Shown: one piece after another, positions 55,227-64,000 of the stretch
How the letters are laid out: every line of letters starts with the position of its first letter
How positions within the stretch are numbered: position 1 is the first letter of the stretch
NCBI GenBank assembly: GCA_963663865.1
Contig: OY760686.1
Span: 2,336,001-2,400,000 of the forward strand
Length of the DNA stretch: 64,000 nucleotides
Direction: 5' to 3'
From: Spirochaetota bacterium
GTDB taxonomy: Bacteria > Spirochaetota > UBA4802 > UBA5550
The notes under the pieces: model-generated
Told to the model about the DNA's origin: nothing
Databases searched by the model: none
What the model saw: only the letters and a program-made list of their open reading frames with translations
Translations under genes and position numbers: made by a program

Positions 55227-57281
55227 ATGCCAGGAACCGGGGCCATTCCCTTTACATATCTCTCTCTTTCACAGCTTTTTACAGGAATAGCCCTGTTTGG
55301 ATTTGTGCGTCTTATTTACATATACCATAAAACCCGTGACCGGCTTATCCTTACTCACACACTGATAAACGCTTCATTTTTCATCTACATGCTGAGCGAC
55401 AGCATCTCGCTGATTATGCTCCTTAATGATAACTATTGCGTGCATCTCGTACTGACAAGAAAGCTGATGTTGACAGCCTTCCCGGCGGCTGCGGCAATTC
55501 TGGTCCATCAGTCCATAGCGCTGTCTCCCATGATAAAAAGAATCAATATTATCCTGTTGATTGCTGCCGGTTTCCTTTTCGCGGCATTCACGGCTATTGG
55601 TCTGATATCACCCGGCCTGATTACGGGTGCTTCCTCCGCCGCTGACAATTTAATGGAAGCGGCTCCCGCCCTCCATCAGGCAACGCCTCTTTTTCTGTTC
55701 ATGATTTCGACAGTAACTCTTTATCTGTTTTACACTGCAGGTGTATTTTCCTATGCGGCGGCCGCCGGCATTACCCATGCTGATCAAAAAAAGTTCATCT
55801 ATTCACTTTACACTCTCGTCTACTTTGCCCTGACAGGCATGTTTATTCTGCTTTTCTTCAGCAGCAGCTCTTTCTTTTTAAGCTCCTATTACCCACATAC
55901 AAGCGCCGGCATGGCAGCGTTTATTATAATCAACTCTTTCGGCTTGACAGATATCTACATGGATAACGCGCGCCAGCTTGAGAAGGTTAAAATAAATTAT
56001 GAAAAGAACCTGTACAGTGACCGCCTTACAGGGCTGAATAACCGCGGCAAATTTTTAGCTGATATGAAGAGGCTCCTTCCAGCCCTGCAGGAGAAAAATG
56101 AAACCTCAACTCTTTTCTTTCTCGACATAGATAACTTTCAGGACATAAACGAATCCTTTGGGGAACACACCGGCGATGAGCTTCTGAAGGCATTCAGCAG
56201 GCGTATCTCCGGCCGCGGAGGGCGTGGGGCCGAGTTATACAGAATAGGCGGTGATGACTTCGTCCTTCTCATCAGGCATTATATTTCAGCACAGGACGCC
56301 GTCTCTCTGGCAAACGGAATTATCGCTTCGCTCAGGAACCCATTTCTGTTCTCAGGGATGTCTTATATGGTAACCTCCAGCATCGCCATTATGCATATTC
56401 CTCGGGACGGCGACACGCCTGACAGGATATTGCAAAACGCCTACAGTGTGCTTCGGCAGGCAAAGCGTCACAAGAACACCTATCTCGAATTCAACAGCGG
56501 CACACTCCATTCCACGTCTGAAAGAATCAGGGCGGTAAATATTCTCCGGTCAAGCATTGCGGAGGACCGCTTCGCGCTGCACTATCAGGCCATCGTTGAC
56601 AGCTCCGGAAAGCCCTTCTACGCCGAAACACTGCTCAGGTGCACAAATCCCGATCCATCAATTGGCGGGCCCGGGAGCTTTATTCCTCTCCTCGAAAAGG
56701 CCGGACTAATGAAGGAAGTGGACAACATGGTCCTCAGAAAGGCATTCTACGACCTTGAGATGAGGCTGAAAAAGAGAATCGGCATAAGTATAAACCTCTC
56801 ATCAAGTCAGCTTGTCGACCCTGAATACTGTGTTTTCATAAGCGACTTCGCAGCACAGCATGGCATCAGCACAGAGCTGATTGTTCTTGAAGTCGTCGAA
56901 AATACGCTGATCGAAAACCTGACCGCCGGCAGGGATAACATCAGAACGCTGAAAGAAATGGGTTTCAGAATAGCCATAGATGATTTCGGCAAAGGCTTTT
57001 CATCGCTCTCCTATCTTTCCGAGCTCCCGGTAGACATACTTAAGCTTGATATGGATTTCACGAGATCAATTCCAGGCGACCCGAGAAACGCTCAAATCTC
57101 GGAGCATATTGTCCGCCTTGCTCACTCTCTCGGGTTGACGGTTGTAATTGAGGGCGTCGAACACCAGGAGCAGCTTGATTTCTTCAGCAGGCTGGGATGC
57201 GACCACTTCCAGGGATACCTCTTTTCGAGACCCCTGCCAATCCAGGACTTTATCGGGAAATACCTGATTGCCTCGTCATGA
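55227..57281 (+). CDS. Membrane-bound GGDEF-EAL diguanylate cyclase/phosphodiesterase
   Basis: About 7 TM helices; DRLTGLNNR, RIGGDDF, AETLLR, AIDDFGKGFSSL, QGYLFSRP; the alternative start at 55158 is less likely. Confidence 0.92.
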   Translation: MPGTGAIPFTYLSLSQLFTGIALFGFVRLIYIYHKTRDRLILTHTLINASFFIYMLSDSISLIMLLNDNYCVHLVLTRKLMLTAFPAAAAILVHQSIALSPMIKRINIILLIAAGFLFAAFTAIGLISPGLITGASSAADNLMEAAPALHQATPLFLFMISTVTLYLFYTAGVFSYAAAAGITHADQKKFIYSLYTLVYFALTGMFILLFFSSSSFFLSSYYPHTSAGMAAFIIINSFGLTDIYMDNARQLEKVKINYEKNLYSDRLTGLNNRGKFLADMKRLLPALQEKNETSTLFFLDIDNFQDINESFGEHTGDELLKAFSRRISGRGGRGAELYRIGGDDFVLLIRHYISAQDAVSLANGIIASLRNPFLFSGMSYMVTSSIAIMHIPRDGDTPDRILQNAYSVLRQAKRHKNTYLEFNSGTLHSTSERIRAVNILRSSIAEDRFALHYQAIVDSSGKPFYAETLLRCTNPDPSIGGPGSFIPLLEKAGLMKEVDNMVLRKAFYDLEMRLKKRIGISINLSSSQLVDPEYCVFISDFAAQHGISTELIVLEVVENTLIENLTAGRDNIRTLKEMGFRIAIDDFGKGFSSLSYLSELPVDILKLDMDFTRSIPGDPRNAQISEHIVRLAHSLGLTVVIEGVEHQEQLDFFSRLGCDHFQGYLFSRPLPIQDFIGKYLIASS

Positions 57282-57307
57282 TATTAGGAGAGCGGAAAGC
57301 AGATTCT

Positions 57308-58474
57308 TCAATCCACAGATATTCCGGTAACCACGCTGTCAGTTTCAACAAAAAGCTCAACCCCGGAATTCTGTGAGTCAAGCTCAGCTCTGTAAATAGC
57401 TTTATCTGAAGTCCAGTAAATCTTTCGTTCATCGGTATCAATCGCGATCTTATTAATATTGAATTCCGGTTCCGCTTCGACATGGACCTCTTTTGATGAA
57501 AAATCGTATGGAGTACGATAAATGTAAGACTTCGATGCATCCTCCATCACGTAGTAAACATAGCCTCCTTGCGGGTCAACAGCTATGTCCCTGTATGGAA
57601 CAGCATTTACACCTGTCGGCCCCGTCCCTTCAGAGAGAACTGAATGGCTGTTAACAGATCCCGACATCCCGGAATAGAGAGCTCCCTGGTTTCCGCCTCC
57701 AAGCGATAAACCGTTCGCGTAATACCAGTTAATCGAAAAATACAGGGTTCCACCGGATTTGTCCGCGCATATCGAATACGTATAGTAGTACGGAAGATTG
57801 TTAAACAGCAAGGACGGAGAGAGAACATCTCCAGATATTTGCGCTCTCTGAATGGTATTCAGCGATGCCGTATTATTGAACTCGTTCCAATAGAGAAATC
57901 CGGCCGTGCCATCAACCGCTATCGCCGTAGGGCCGCTGTTGTTACTTTCACTCGACTGGCTGTATAGCGACACCGCACCGCTTCCGTCATAAGCCGAGCG
58001 TAATATGCTGTAAAGAGCATCGTCAGCATCCGTATCGACCATCTCTATCCAGTAGATGTGCCTATTGACAGTATCAATATCCATATCTAAAACCATGTTG
58101 CCGCGTTCTGCAAGAACAGTCTGAGCTGTGAGGTCTGATTTAATCACAGAAATTCTTCCCGAGAAATCGGTCCAGTAAATAGAGGAAAGTCCATCATCGT
58201 CGTCCACCGGTGTGTCATCGTCATCAGTCGGCGTATCGTCGTCGTCAACCGGTGTGTCGTCATCGTCATCAATCGGAGTATCGTCATCGTCATCAGTCGG
58301 TGTATCATCGTCGTCTGGAACAGTGTCAGGGCCGTCAGGATTCACGCTTCCATCATCCTGCCGATCTGAGTTTAAAAGCACTTTAAAATCAGAGTTACAG
58401 CCCATAGGCTGGATAAGTAGAACCGCCATGAATACAATATATAATGCCGCATATAATAAATTGATTAACTTCAC
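57308..58474 (-). CDS. Probable lipoprotein with Asp-rich linker and YWTD/LDL-receptor-like beta-propeller
   Basis: QPMGC; IYWTD, HIYWIE, FLYWNE, KIYWTS blades. Confidence 0.78.
   Translation of the reverse strand: MKLINLLYAALYIVFMAVLLIQPMGCNSDFKVLLNSDRQDDGSVNPDGPDTVPDDDDTPTDDDDDTPIDDDDDTPVDDDDTPTDDDDTPVDDDDGLSSIYWTDFSGRISVIKSDLTAQTVLAERGNMVLDMDIDTVNRHIYWIEMVDTDADDALYSILRSAYDGSGAVSLYSQSSESNNSGPTAIAVDGTAGFLYWNEFNNTASLNTIQRAQISGDVLSPSLLFNNLPYYYTYSICADKSGGTLYFSINWYYANGLSLGGGNQGALYSGMSGSVNSHSVLSEGTGPTGVNAVPYRDIAVDPQGGYVYYVMEDASKSYIYRTPYDFSSKEVHVEAEPEFNINKIAIDTDERKIYWTSDKAIYRAELDSQNSGVELFVETDSVVTGISVD
58193..58320 (-). repeat. Six DDDD(D)TPx coding repeats
   Basis: PDDDDTPTDDDDDTPIDDDDDTPVDDDDTPTDDDDTPVDDDD, with synonymous variation between units. 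Confidence 0.9.
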
Positions 58475-58510
58475 TAAAAAATCCTCTGTTCAACCCTTCC
58501 GGGGAAAAGC

Positions 58511-59311
58511 TTATATCCTGACGCCGGCCCCGAGCGCAAGCCCGACTCCGTAGAGCGGTGCGTCAGAATCTACAGTATAATCAATTTTAACCCGAAAGGA
58601 AACAACTGAGTTATAAAGATTCAGCATCGGGCCGGCATAAGCGCCGCATGACATTTTGAATGAATTGAGCGATGTGCCCGATGTCTCAACGGAGTAAAGC
58701 CCTCCGCCGGCATACGCCGAGAAGTCCAGGGCAGCAGAATCCGTCAGGCGCAAACTCCATACAGGGCCGGCCGTAAGAGCAAAGCCCGTAAGCTTTCTGC
58801 CGTCTCTGCTGAAGTGCCTGTACGACACACCTCCCTCAAGCCCGTCCGAGAACAGAACCTTAGCCTCAGCTCTCGCAGTCAGCTGCCCTTCCAGGCCGTA
58901 AGGAAGCCTTGACCCCAGATCGCCTGTCACCTTGACCAGGGAGCAATGAGCTGATATAACATAGCCGTCTAAATCAGATACCGATTTCGCAGCCGGTTTT
59001 TTGCGGCGGAAATCAGCCGTTCCAGCCTCATAATTACGTCTAACGCTCTCGCTGCTGAAGTTTTTCCCGAGGCCCTTAAGAACCCTCAGATCTGCTTCAG
59101 GATTGTCAGTAACGCTGAGGCTTCTAATCTGTGCATACTTAATGGTGAACTCGCCATGAGCGTTTTTTAATATGAGATAATCCGGCTTTTTGTTCTTAAC
59201 TATTTTGCCGTTCAGGACCATCCCATCACGCGTGACCAGAACATCTGCCCGGCCAATGGAGATCAGCATGCACACGGCCATGAAGCCGGCAGCAATTCTT
59301 GAAATATTCAT
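58511..59311 (-). CDS. Secreted protein with small N-terminal beta domain and C-terminal outer-membrane beta-barrel
   Basis: Signal peptide; DVLVTRDGMVLNGKIVK domain; alternating strands ending LALGAGVRI. Confidence 0.7.
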   Translation of the reverse strand: MNISRIAAGFMAVCMLISIGRADVLVTRDGMVLNGKIVKNKKPDYLILKNAHGEFTIKYAQIRSLSVTDNPEADLRVLKGLGKNFSSESVRRNYEAGTADFRRKKPAAKSVSDLDGYVISAHCSLVKVTGDLGSRLPYGLEGQLTARAEAKVLFSDGLEGGVSYRHFSRDGRKLTGFALTAGPVWSLRLTDSAALDFSAYAGGGLYSVETSGTSLNSFKMSCGAYAGPMLNLYNSVVSFRVKIDYTVDSDAPLYGVGLALGAGVRI

Positions 59312-59312
59312 T

Positions 59313-60614
59313 CTATTCGTCTTTGATCTTCTGAACAAGCTCCCTCTTTATATCTATAAGCCCAATACTCGTCTCTATGGATATTGTGTCATCATCTTTT
59401 TTTACTATTCTGCCTTTGAAGGTGTTGCCGTCGCGCGTAACAACAGTGACATATCTTACAACTTCAGACCTGCGCAATTGAATCACATCACTGACAGCTT
59501 TTTCCATGTTTTCCGGTGTTTTGACACTCAGGGCCTCATCCCCCGTCTTTTCCGGCTCAGGCAGCCCGGCTTCCTTTTGCTTTTCTATCATGCTGCCAAG
59601 CACCGGGTCTTTGAGGGTTTCGTTCAGCCTTACCGAAGTCTCAAGTAGCTCCCGCGAATTTCCGGCGCTGCTTGCAATCATGAAAAGCTTTCTGTTCGCG
59701 TACCTGGCGTATGGCGACATCGGCGAGGATGTTATGACGCTGAGATACTCTTCGGCAGCCTTCTGAGGCTTTCCCATCCCACTGTAGCACCTGGCCCTGT
59801 AGTACTTGAGGCTCGCTCTGTGTAACTCCGGAACGCTGGACTCCATGCTGTCAATAATATCAAGCGCCGCTCCGTAAGCGAAAAGCTCAACAAGCTTGCG
59901 GCTCTTCCAGAGACCGTCTTTTCCCCCGCTCAGGATTCTCCTCTCTGTTTCGGAAAACCCTCTGAGGTATTTCAAGAGGATGGAGGCTGTTACAGAGCTG
60001 TTCGCCTGAGGGTATTCCGATATGACCTTTCTGTAGTTCCGCTCAGCATTCGCCGTTTTTCCGGACAGCGCGTAGCAGTAACCCTGCCTCAGCAGCACGC
60101 CCGCCCTGACAGCGCCGCTGACTTCTCTCAGCTCGAGAGCCCTGGCATACGACGCTGCTGCTTTCCCGAACATGAAGTTTCTCTCCTGGTAATACGCGAG
60201 ATCAAGCTCCCTGACATTGGCGCTGCTGACCGCGCCGAGTTCGACAGGCGGTTTCCCTAATATCATGCGGTTGAAGTTCATAAGCGCGAGGGCCGGCACC
60301 TCAAGAACGCTAACCGGAGCCTGACCTTTAGCCCGTGTGCCGCCGTCGGCTTCAGCTGTCTGAAGTGCGAGGCTGTGTTCGAGCGAATCAGCCTCATCCC
60401 GGGTCAGCCTCTCCTCGTATATCTTCCTGTGAATTTCGTATGTAGCTATCAGCGAGATGTGATCAACGCTTCTTTCGAGATCGTCAGCCCCTTGAAGAAG
60501 AGCAGACATGTTCCGAAATCTAATGGAAACTGCGGCACTGTTCAGCATCTGCAAAAAACCCGCGGCTGCAACTGCAAGAAATAATATCGTAAAATTTACA
60601 ACTGTCGTTTTCAC
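59313..60614 (-). CDS. Membrane-anchored TPR protein with C-terminal small beta domain
   Basis: N-terminal TM; TPR-like helices (GYCYALSG...YRKVISEYP; ARCYSGMG...YLSVI); C-terminal VVTRDGNTFKGRIVK. Confidence 0.75.
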   Translation of the reverse strand: MKTTVVNFTILFLAVAAAGFLQMLNSAAVSIRFRNMSALLQGADDLERSVDHISLIATYEIHRKIYEERLTRDEADSLEHSLALQTAEADGGTRAKGQAPVSVLEVPALALMNFNRMILGKPPVELGAVSSANVRELDLAYYQERNFMFGKAAASYARALELREVSGAVRAGVLLRQGYCYALSGKTANAERNYRKVISEYPQANSSVTASILLKYLRGFSETERRILSGGKDGLWKSRKLVELFAYGAALDIIDSMESSVPELHRASLKYYRARCYSGMGKPQKAAEEYLSVITSSPMSPYARYANRKLFMIASSAGNSRELLETSVRLNETLKDPVLGSMIEKQKEAGLPEPEKTGDEALSVKTPENMEKAVSDVIQLRRSEVVRYVTVVTRDGNTFKGRIVKKDDDTISIETSIGLIDIKRELVQKIKDE

Positions 60615-61966
60615 AGGCCAGAGTCCTGCACCATCATTACTGAAACAGCGGTCAACCTTCCCCCGCCGGCTTTCGTTGACTCCTTAAGTGCTGAGTCTGC
60701 TCTGTGAACTATCTCCTCAGCTGTAAGGGCGGAAGAGCCGGCATTTAGTTCAAAGCTCACGCATCCTCCGCTCAGGGTAACAGGCATCTTCCCGTCCGGT
60801 GTCACAATGGCCCTGTTCCCCAATTCAGCCCGGATATTTTCAGCGGTTTTTTCTATTTCCTCTCTGCTCCCTTTCAGAATAATGAAAAAGCCTGAAGGTC
60901 CGCGTTTTCCTGCTATTGAACCGGACGGGCACAGTGAGACTATTCTCCGTGATGTTTCAAGCAATATGATCTTGCCTGTCTGAGCTCCGTACATCTGGTT
61001 CATCGCGGCATAGCTTTCAATATCGAGCAGCAGCACCCCGGCGCCTCCGCCTTTGGAGCGGGCGGTCTGAAGTTCCTCTCTAAGCCTCTGCAGCATATAC
61101 TCGTATGAAGGCAATGATGTCAGTTCATCTACAACAGAAAGCTGTACTTGTTCGGACACCTTCTTCTTAGCGGCCTCAATCTCATCGGTGAGATTTCTCA
61201 TATTGGACTCATATGAATCGGCCATGAGGTTAAATCCCCGCGAGAGCGAGCCGAACTCGTCGTCCCTCTCTGTCAGATCAACCCTCAGTGACAGATTGCC
61301 CCCAGATATTGCCCTGGCGGCCATGCTCAGCTTTTTGACGGGGACTATAATGTACCTGTAGAGAATTCCGGCAAATAGAGCGTGAAATAAAAAAACCACA
61401 ATGATGACATAGATTGACTGCTTATAGAGCCCCCTCATGGAGTCCGCGATGCGTTCTATGTTCTGCCTGATATAGATTATGGAATCTTCTGAAAGAATAT
61501 CATTCAGAGGGACATAGAAGTGAATCAGGTTGTCAGGTTCGTCAACCCTCATGTAATACTCCCTGCCTGAAAAGGTCATTGCCGTCATGGCACGCTGAAC
61601 ATCCTCCCTGTATGAAGACGGCAGGGTGAAGTCTGAAGAGGACCGCGCAACTATCTCGCCCCTTTCTGAAAGAAAAGCGTAATCAGCGTAGTGCGGCGTA
61701 ATCGTTTCCGCGAGGTCAGAGAACGCTCTGTTTCCGTCTGAGGGTTTAAACATGCTTCCTGAACCGGCCTCTTTATTGAATTTTCTGATGGAATTTACAA
61801 GCGAATAGAGCTTTTTCTCTGCGGCAAGAACAGTGTTATTGCTTATCAGTTCAACCTGGTTTTCTGATATAATCGATATGATGAACGAAAGATTTATCAA
61901 TGACAGCATACCGTATACGAAGAAGATTTTAAAACCGGCTGATTTAAAAAAGCTTTTATCTGGCAT
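60611..61966 (-). CDS. Two-TM sensor with HAMP and degenerate GGDEF domain
   Basis: TM-periplasmic-TM; HAMP (PVKKLS...DEFGSLSRGFN); DELTSL; GGDEF position reads RGPSGF; probable ATG at 61966. Confidence 0.8.
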   Translation of the reverse strand: MPDKSFFKSAGFKIFFVYGMLSLINLSFIISIISENQVELISNNTVLAAEKKLYSLVNSIRKFNKEAGSGSMFKPSDGNRAFSDLAETITPHYADYAFLSERGEIVARSSSDFTLPSSYREDVQRAMTAMTFSGREYYMRVDEPDNLIHFYVPLNDILSEDSIIYIRQNIERIADSMRGLYKQSIYVIIVVFLFHALFAGILYRYIIVPVKKLSMAARAISGGNLSLRVDLTERDDEFGSLSRGFNLMADSYESNMRNLTDEIEAAKKKVSEQVQLSVVDELTSLPSYEYMLQRLREELQTARSKGGGAGVLLLDIESYAAMNQMYGAQTGKIILLETSRRIVSLCPSGSIAGKRGPSGFFIILKGSREEIEKTAENIRAELGNRAIVTPDGKMPVTLSGGCVSFELNAGSSALTAEEIVHRADSALKESTKAGGGRLTAVSVMMVQDSGL

Positions 61967-62303
61967 ACCATACAATCCATCTGAAAATTTTTCTGCAATG
62001 CTCAAGCTGAACACTCTGTTAAGATTATTGCAACATATTTTCTCATTGAAGCCGATATCCCCCCTTATTTCAACAGAACTGTACATAAATAATTTTTTGT
62101 TGCACAGCGCTAAGGCACTGTTATAATAGCAATTAAAGTTGCTCCGATTGCGGCCTGAAGGCCTGTTTACCTTCGCTGAGAAAATAGTTGACGCGCCGGG
62201 CATGTAAATTGAGAACAACACCAGTGGATTATTCACTTATCAGTTATAAAACCGGCCTGCAGCCGCTGACTCACTGAAAACATTATATTCAGGTGATAAA
62301 ATC

Positions 62304-64000
62304 ATGAACAACTCTTTACGGCTGACAGAATTTAAAAGAACAGTCGAAAACCGTTTCAATGTCTACAACAGCATTTTCCTCAACCTGCCCTTCAGAAAGA
62401 TACACAATACCGGGATGCTTATCCCCCTTCTTTTCCGTGCCTGCGAGGAGGGGATTGAGGCTGGTAAAAATCCTGAAGCGATTCTTGATGATTTCTTCGC
62501 CACCAACGCGAGGCTTGAAAATGACGACGACAAATTGAGCTTCATGTTCCGTATAATACAGTACGTTGAAAGGCAGGTGGTACTTTACGACAGCATCGAA
62601 GACTCTTCATTCCGGAAGATGAGGCTTCTCAGCAACGATATTACCCTGCACGACATTGTACACATTGCCGAAAACAGGGGCCAGCTCAACATACTGAAAT
62701 CGAAGCTGGAGGATTTCAGCGCGCGCCTTGTGCTTACGGCCCACCCGACACAGTTCTATCCGCCATCTGTCCTTGAGATAATATCCAGATTAAGACAGCT
62801 CATCGACGAAAACAACCTCAACGAGATCGAAATGCTGCTGCAGCAGCTTGGACTCACTTCGCTTATGAACCGTGAAAAGCCCACTCCGGTTGACGAAGCA
62901 AAGAACATCATCTACTATCTGAGAAGTGTTTACTACAGAGCCGTCGGTGACCTTTACAGTCACATCAAAAAAATTATTCCCGGCAACGGATTAGACAATC
63001 CGGACATCATTAAGCTCGGATTCTGGGCCGGCGGAGACCGTGACGGCAACCCCTTCGTCACAGCGGACATCACCCTTGAGGTTGCCGACGAGCTGCGGAT
63101 GACGCTGATGAAATGCTATTACGGCGACCTGAAGGCCCTCAGCCGGAAGCTGACCTTCCCTTTAATTGATGAACTCATCGCAGAAATCCGCCTCAAGGTA
63201 TATAATACCATGTTCAACGCCGGCGAGCTGATCACTCACGAGGAAATCCTCGCCCCGCTGCGCGAGGTACGTACACTTCTTGTTGACCGCTACAACAGCA
63301 TCTATCTCGACGACGTAGAGTCGCTCATTGACAAGGTCCGCATTTTTAGAACCCATTTTGCCGTTCTCGACATCAGGCAGGACCACAGCGTTCACAAAAA
63401 AACCATCGAATACATTCTCAAAAAAAAGGGCATTATTAATCAAGGGGCAGATGAAGTCTCTGCTGACAGGCTGCTTTCTCTGCTGCTCACTGAAAATCTC
63501 CGTGTCGATCTGAAAGACTTCGAAGACGGCATTGAGAAGGAAACCGTAAAGACTATAATGCAGTTAGGCTCTGTGCAGAAACGCAACGGCGAGGAAGGCT
63601 GCTGCCGCTACATCATAAGCAACGCAGAGGATGAGTTTGCCGTAATGTTCGTCTATGCCCTCCTGAAGTGGTACGGGCCGGACAGCGAACGCATCACCTT
63701 CGACATTATACCGCTCTATGAAACGATGAGCGGCATGAAAACCTCCGCCGATACCATGAGGAAGCTTTTCAGCATTCCGGAATACAGAAAGCACATATCC
63801 GAAAGAAAGGACAGACAGACCATAATGCTCGGGTTCTCCGACGGCACCAAGGACGGCGGATACCTGAAGGCCAACTGGTCAATATTCAAGACCAAGGAAG
63901 ACCTCACAGCCGTATGCGGGGAGCATGGCATCAAGCCCGTGTTCTTCGACGGCCGCGGAGGACCTCCCGCGCGGGGCGGCGGCAAGACCCAGCGCTTTTA
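62304..64000 (+). CDS. ppc: Phosphoenolpyruvate carboxylase, 5' part (runs off window end)
   Basis: Hand translation: [52 protein letters not shown]. Confidence 0.95.
   Translation, partial: MNNSLRLTEFKRTVENRFNVYNSIFLNLPFRKIHNTGMLIPLLFRACEEGIEAGKNPEAILDDFFATNARLENDDDKLSFMFRIIQYVERQVVLYDSIEDSSFRKMRLLSNDITLHDIVHIAENRGQLNILKSKLEDFSARLVLTAHPTQFYPPSVLEIISRLRQLIDENNLNEIEMLLQQLGLTSLMNREKPTPVDEAKNIIYYLRSVYYRAVGDLYSHIKKIIPGNGLDNPDIIKLGFWAGGDRDGNPFVTADITLEVADELRMTLMKCYYGDLKALSRKLTFPLIDELIAEIRLKVYNTMFNAGELITHEEILAPLREVRTLLVDRYNSIYLDDVESLIDKVRIFRTHFAVLDIRQDHSVHKKTIEYILKKKGIINQGADEVSADRLLSLLLTENLRVDLKDFEDGIEKETVKTIMQLGSVQKRNGEEGCCRYIISNAEDEFAVMFVYALLKWYGPDSERITFDIIPLYETMSGMKTSADTMRKLFSIPEYRKHISERKDRQTIMLGFSDGTKDGGYLKANWSIFKTKEDLTAVCGEHGIKPVFFDGRGGPPARGGGKTQRF

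Noticed and set aside
61967-62236. N-terminal 90-aa extension of the HAMP-GGDEF ORF
   Set aside because: Reads like intergenic sequence; ATG 61966 directly precedes the first TM helix.

Overview
Bacterial chromosomal window, probably from a Spirochaetota-like Gram-negative (an inference from gene content). The housekeeping backbone is intact: recC (partial), a CDF transporter, trxB-like, YbaK, lnt-ligA-patatin, two CAT-anticodon tRNAs, pdxJ-cdaR-cdaA-folP, a PorV-like barrel, tlyA-dxs-yciO, glgX, a Na+/solute symporter, ptsP, GH15 with fused otsAB, U32-hisS, and ppc (partial). Three AT-richer accessory surface-lipoprotein blocks interrupt it. (1) Two DUF3160-like paralogues just after the tRNAs share an identical 259-bp 3' end. 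(2) A 3229-bp tandem duplication of an M4 metalloprotease plus LRR-lipoprotein unit is bounded by three copies of a 43-bp hairpin; the copies are nearly identical except for a 154-bp patch encoding an aromatic loop of the LRR protein. (3) A second M4 protease plus beta-propeller lipoprotein unit follows hisS. Four accessory genes (one DUF3160, all three M4 proteases) each carry exactly one in-frame stop in an otherwise perfect frame, from three independent events. A c-di-GMP-related cluster at 53-62 kb includes a candidate trans-envelope signalling operon and a possible switchable 5' leader. No CRISPR array, integrase, transposase or reverse transcriptase was seen.
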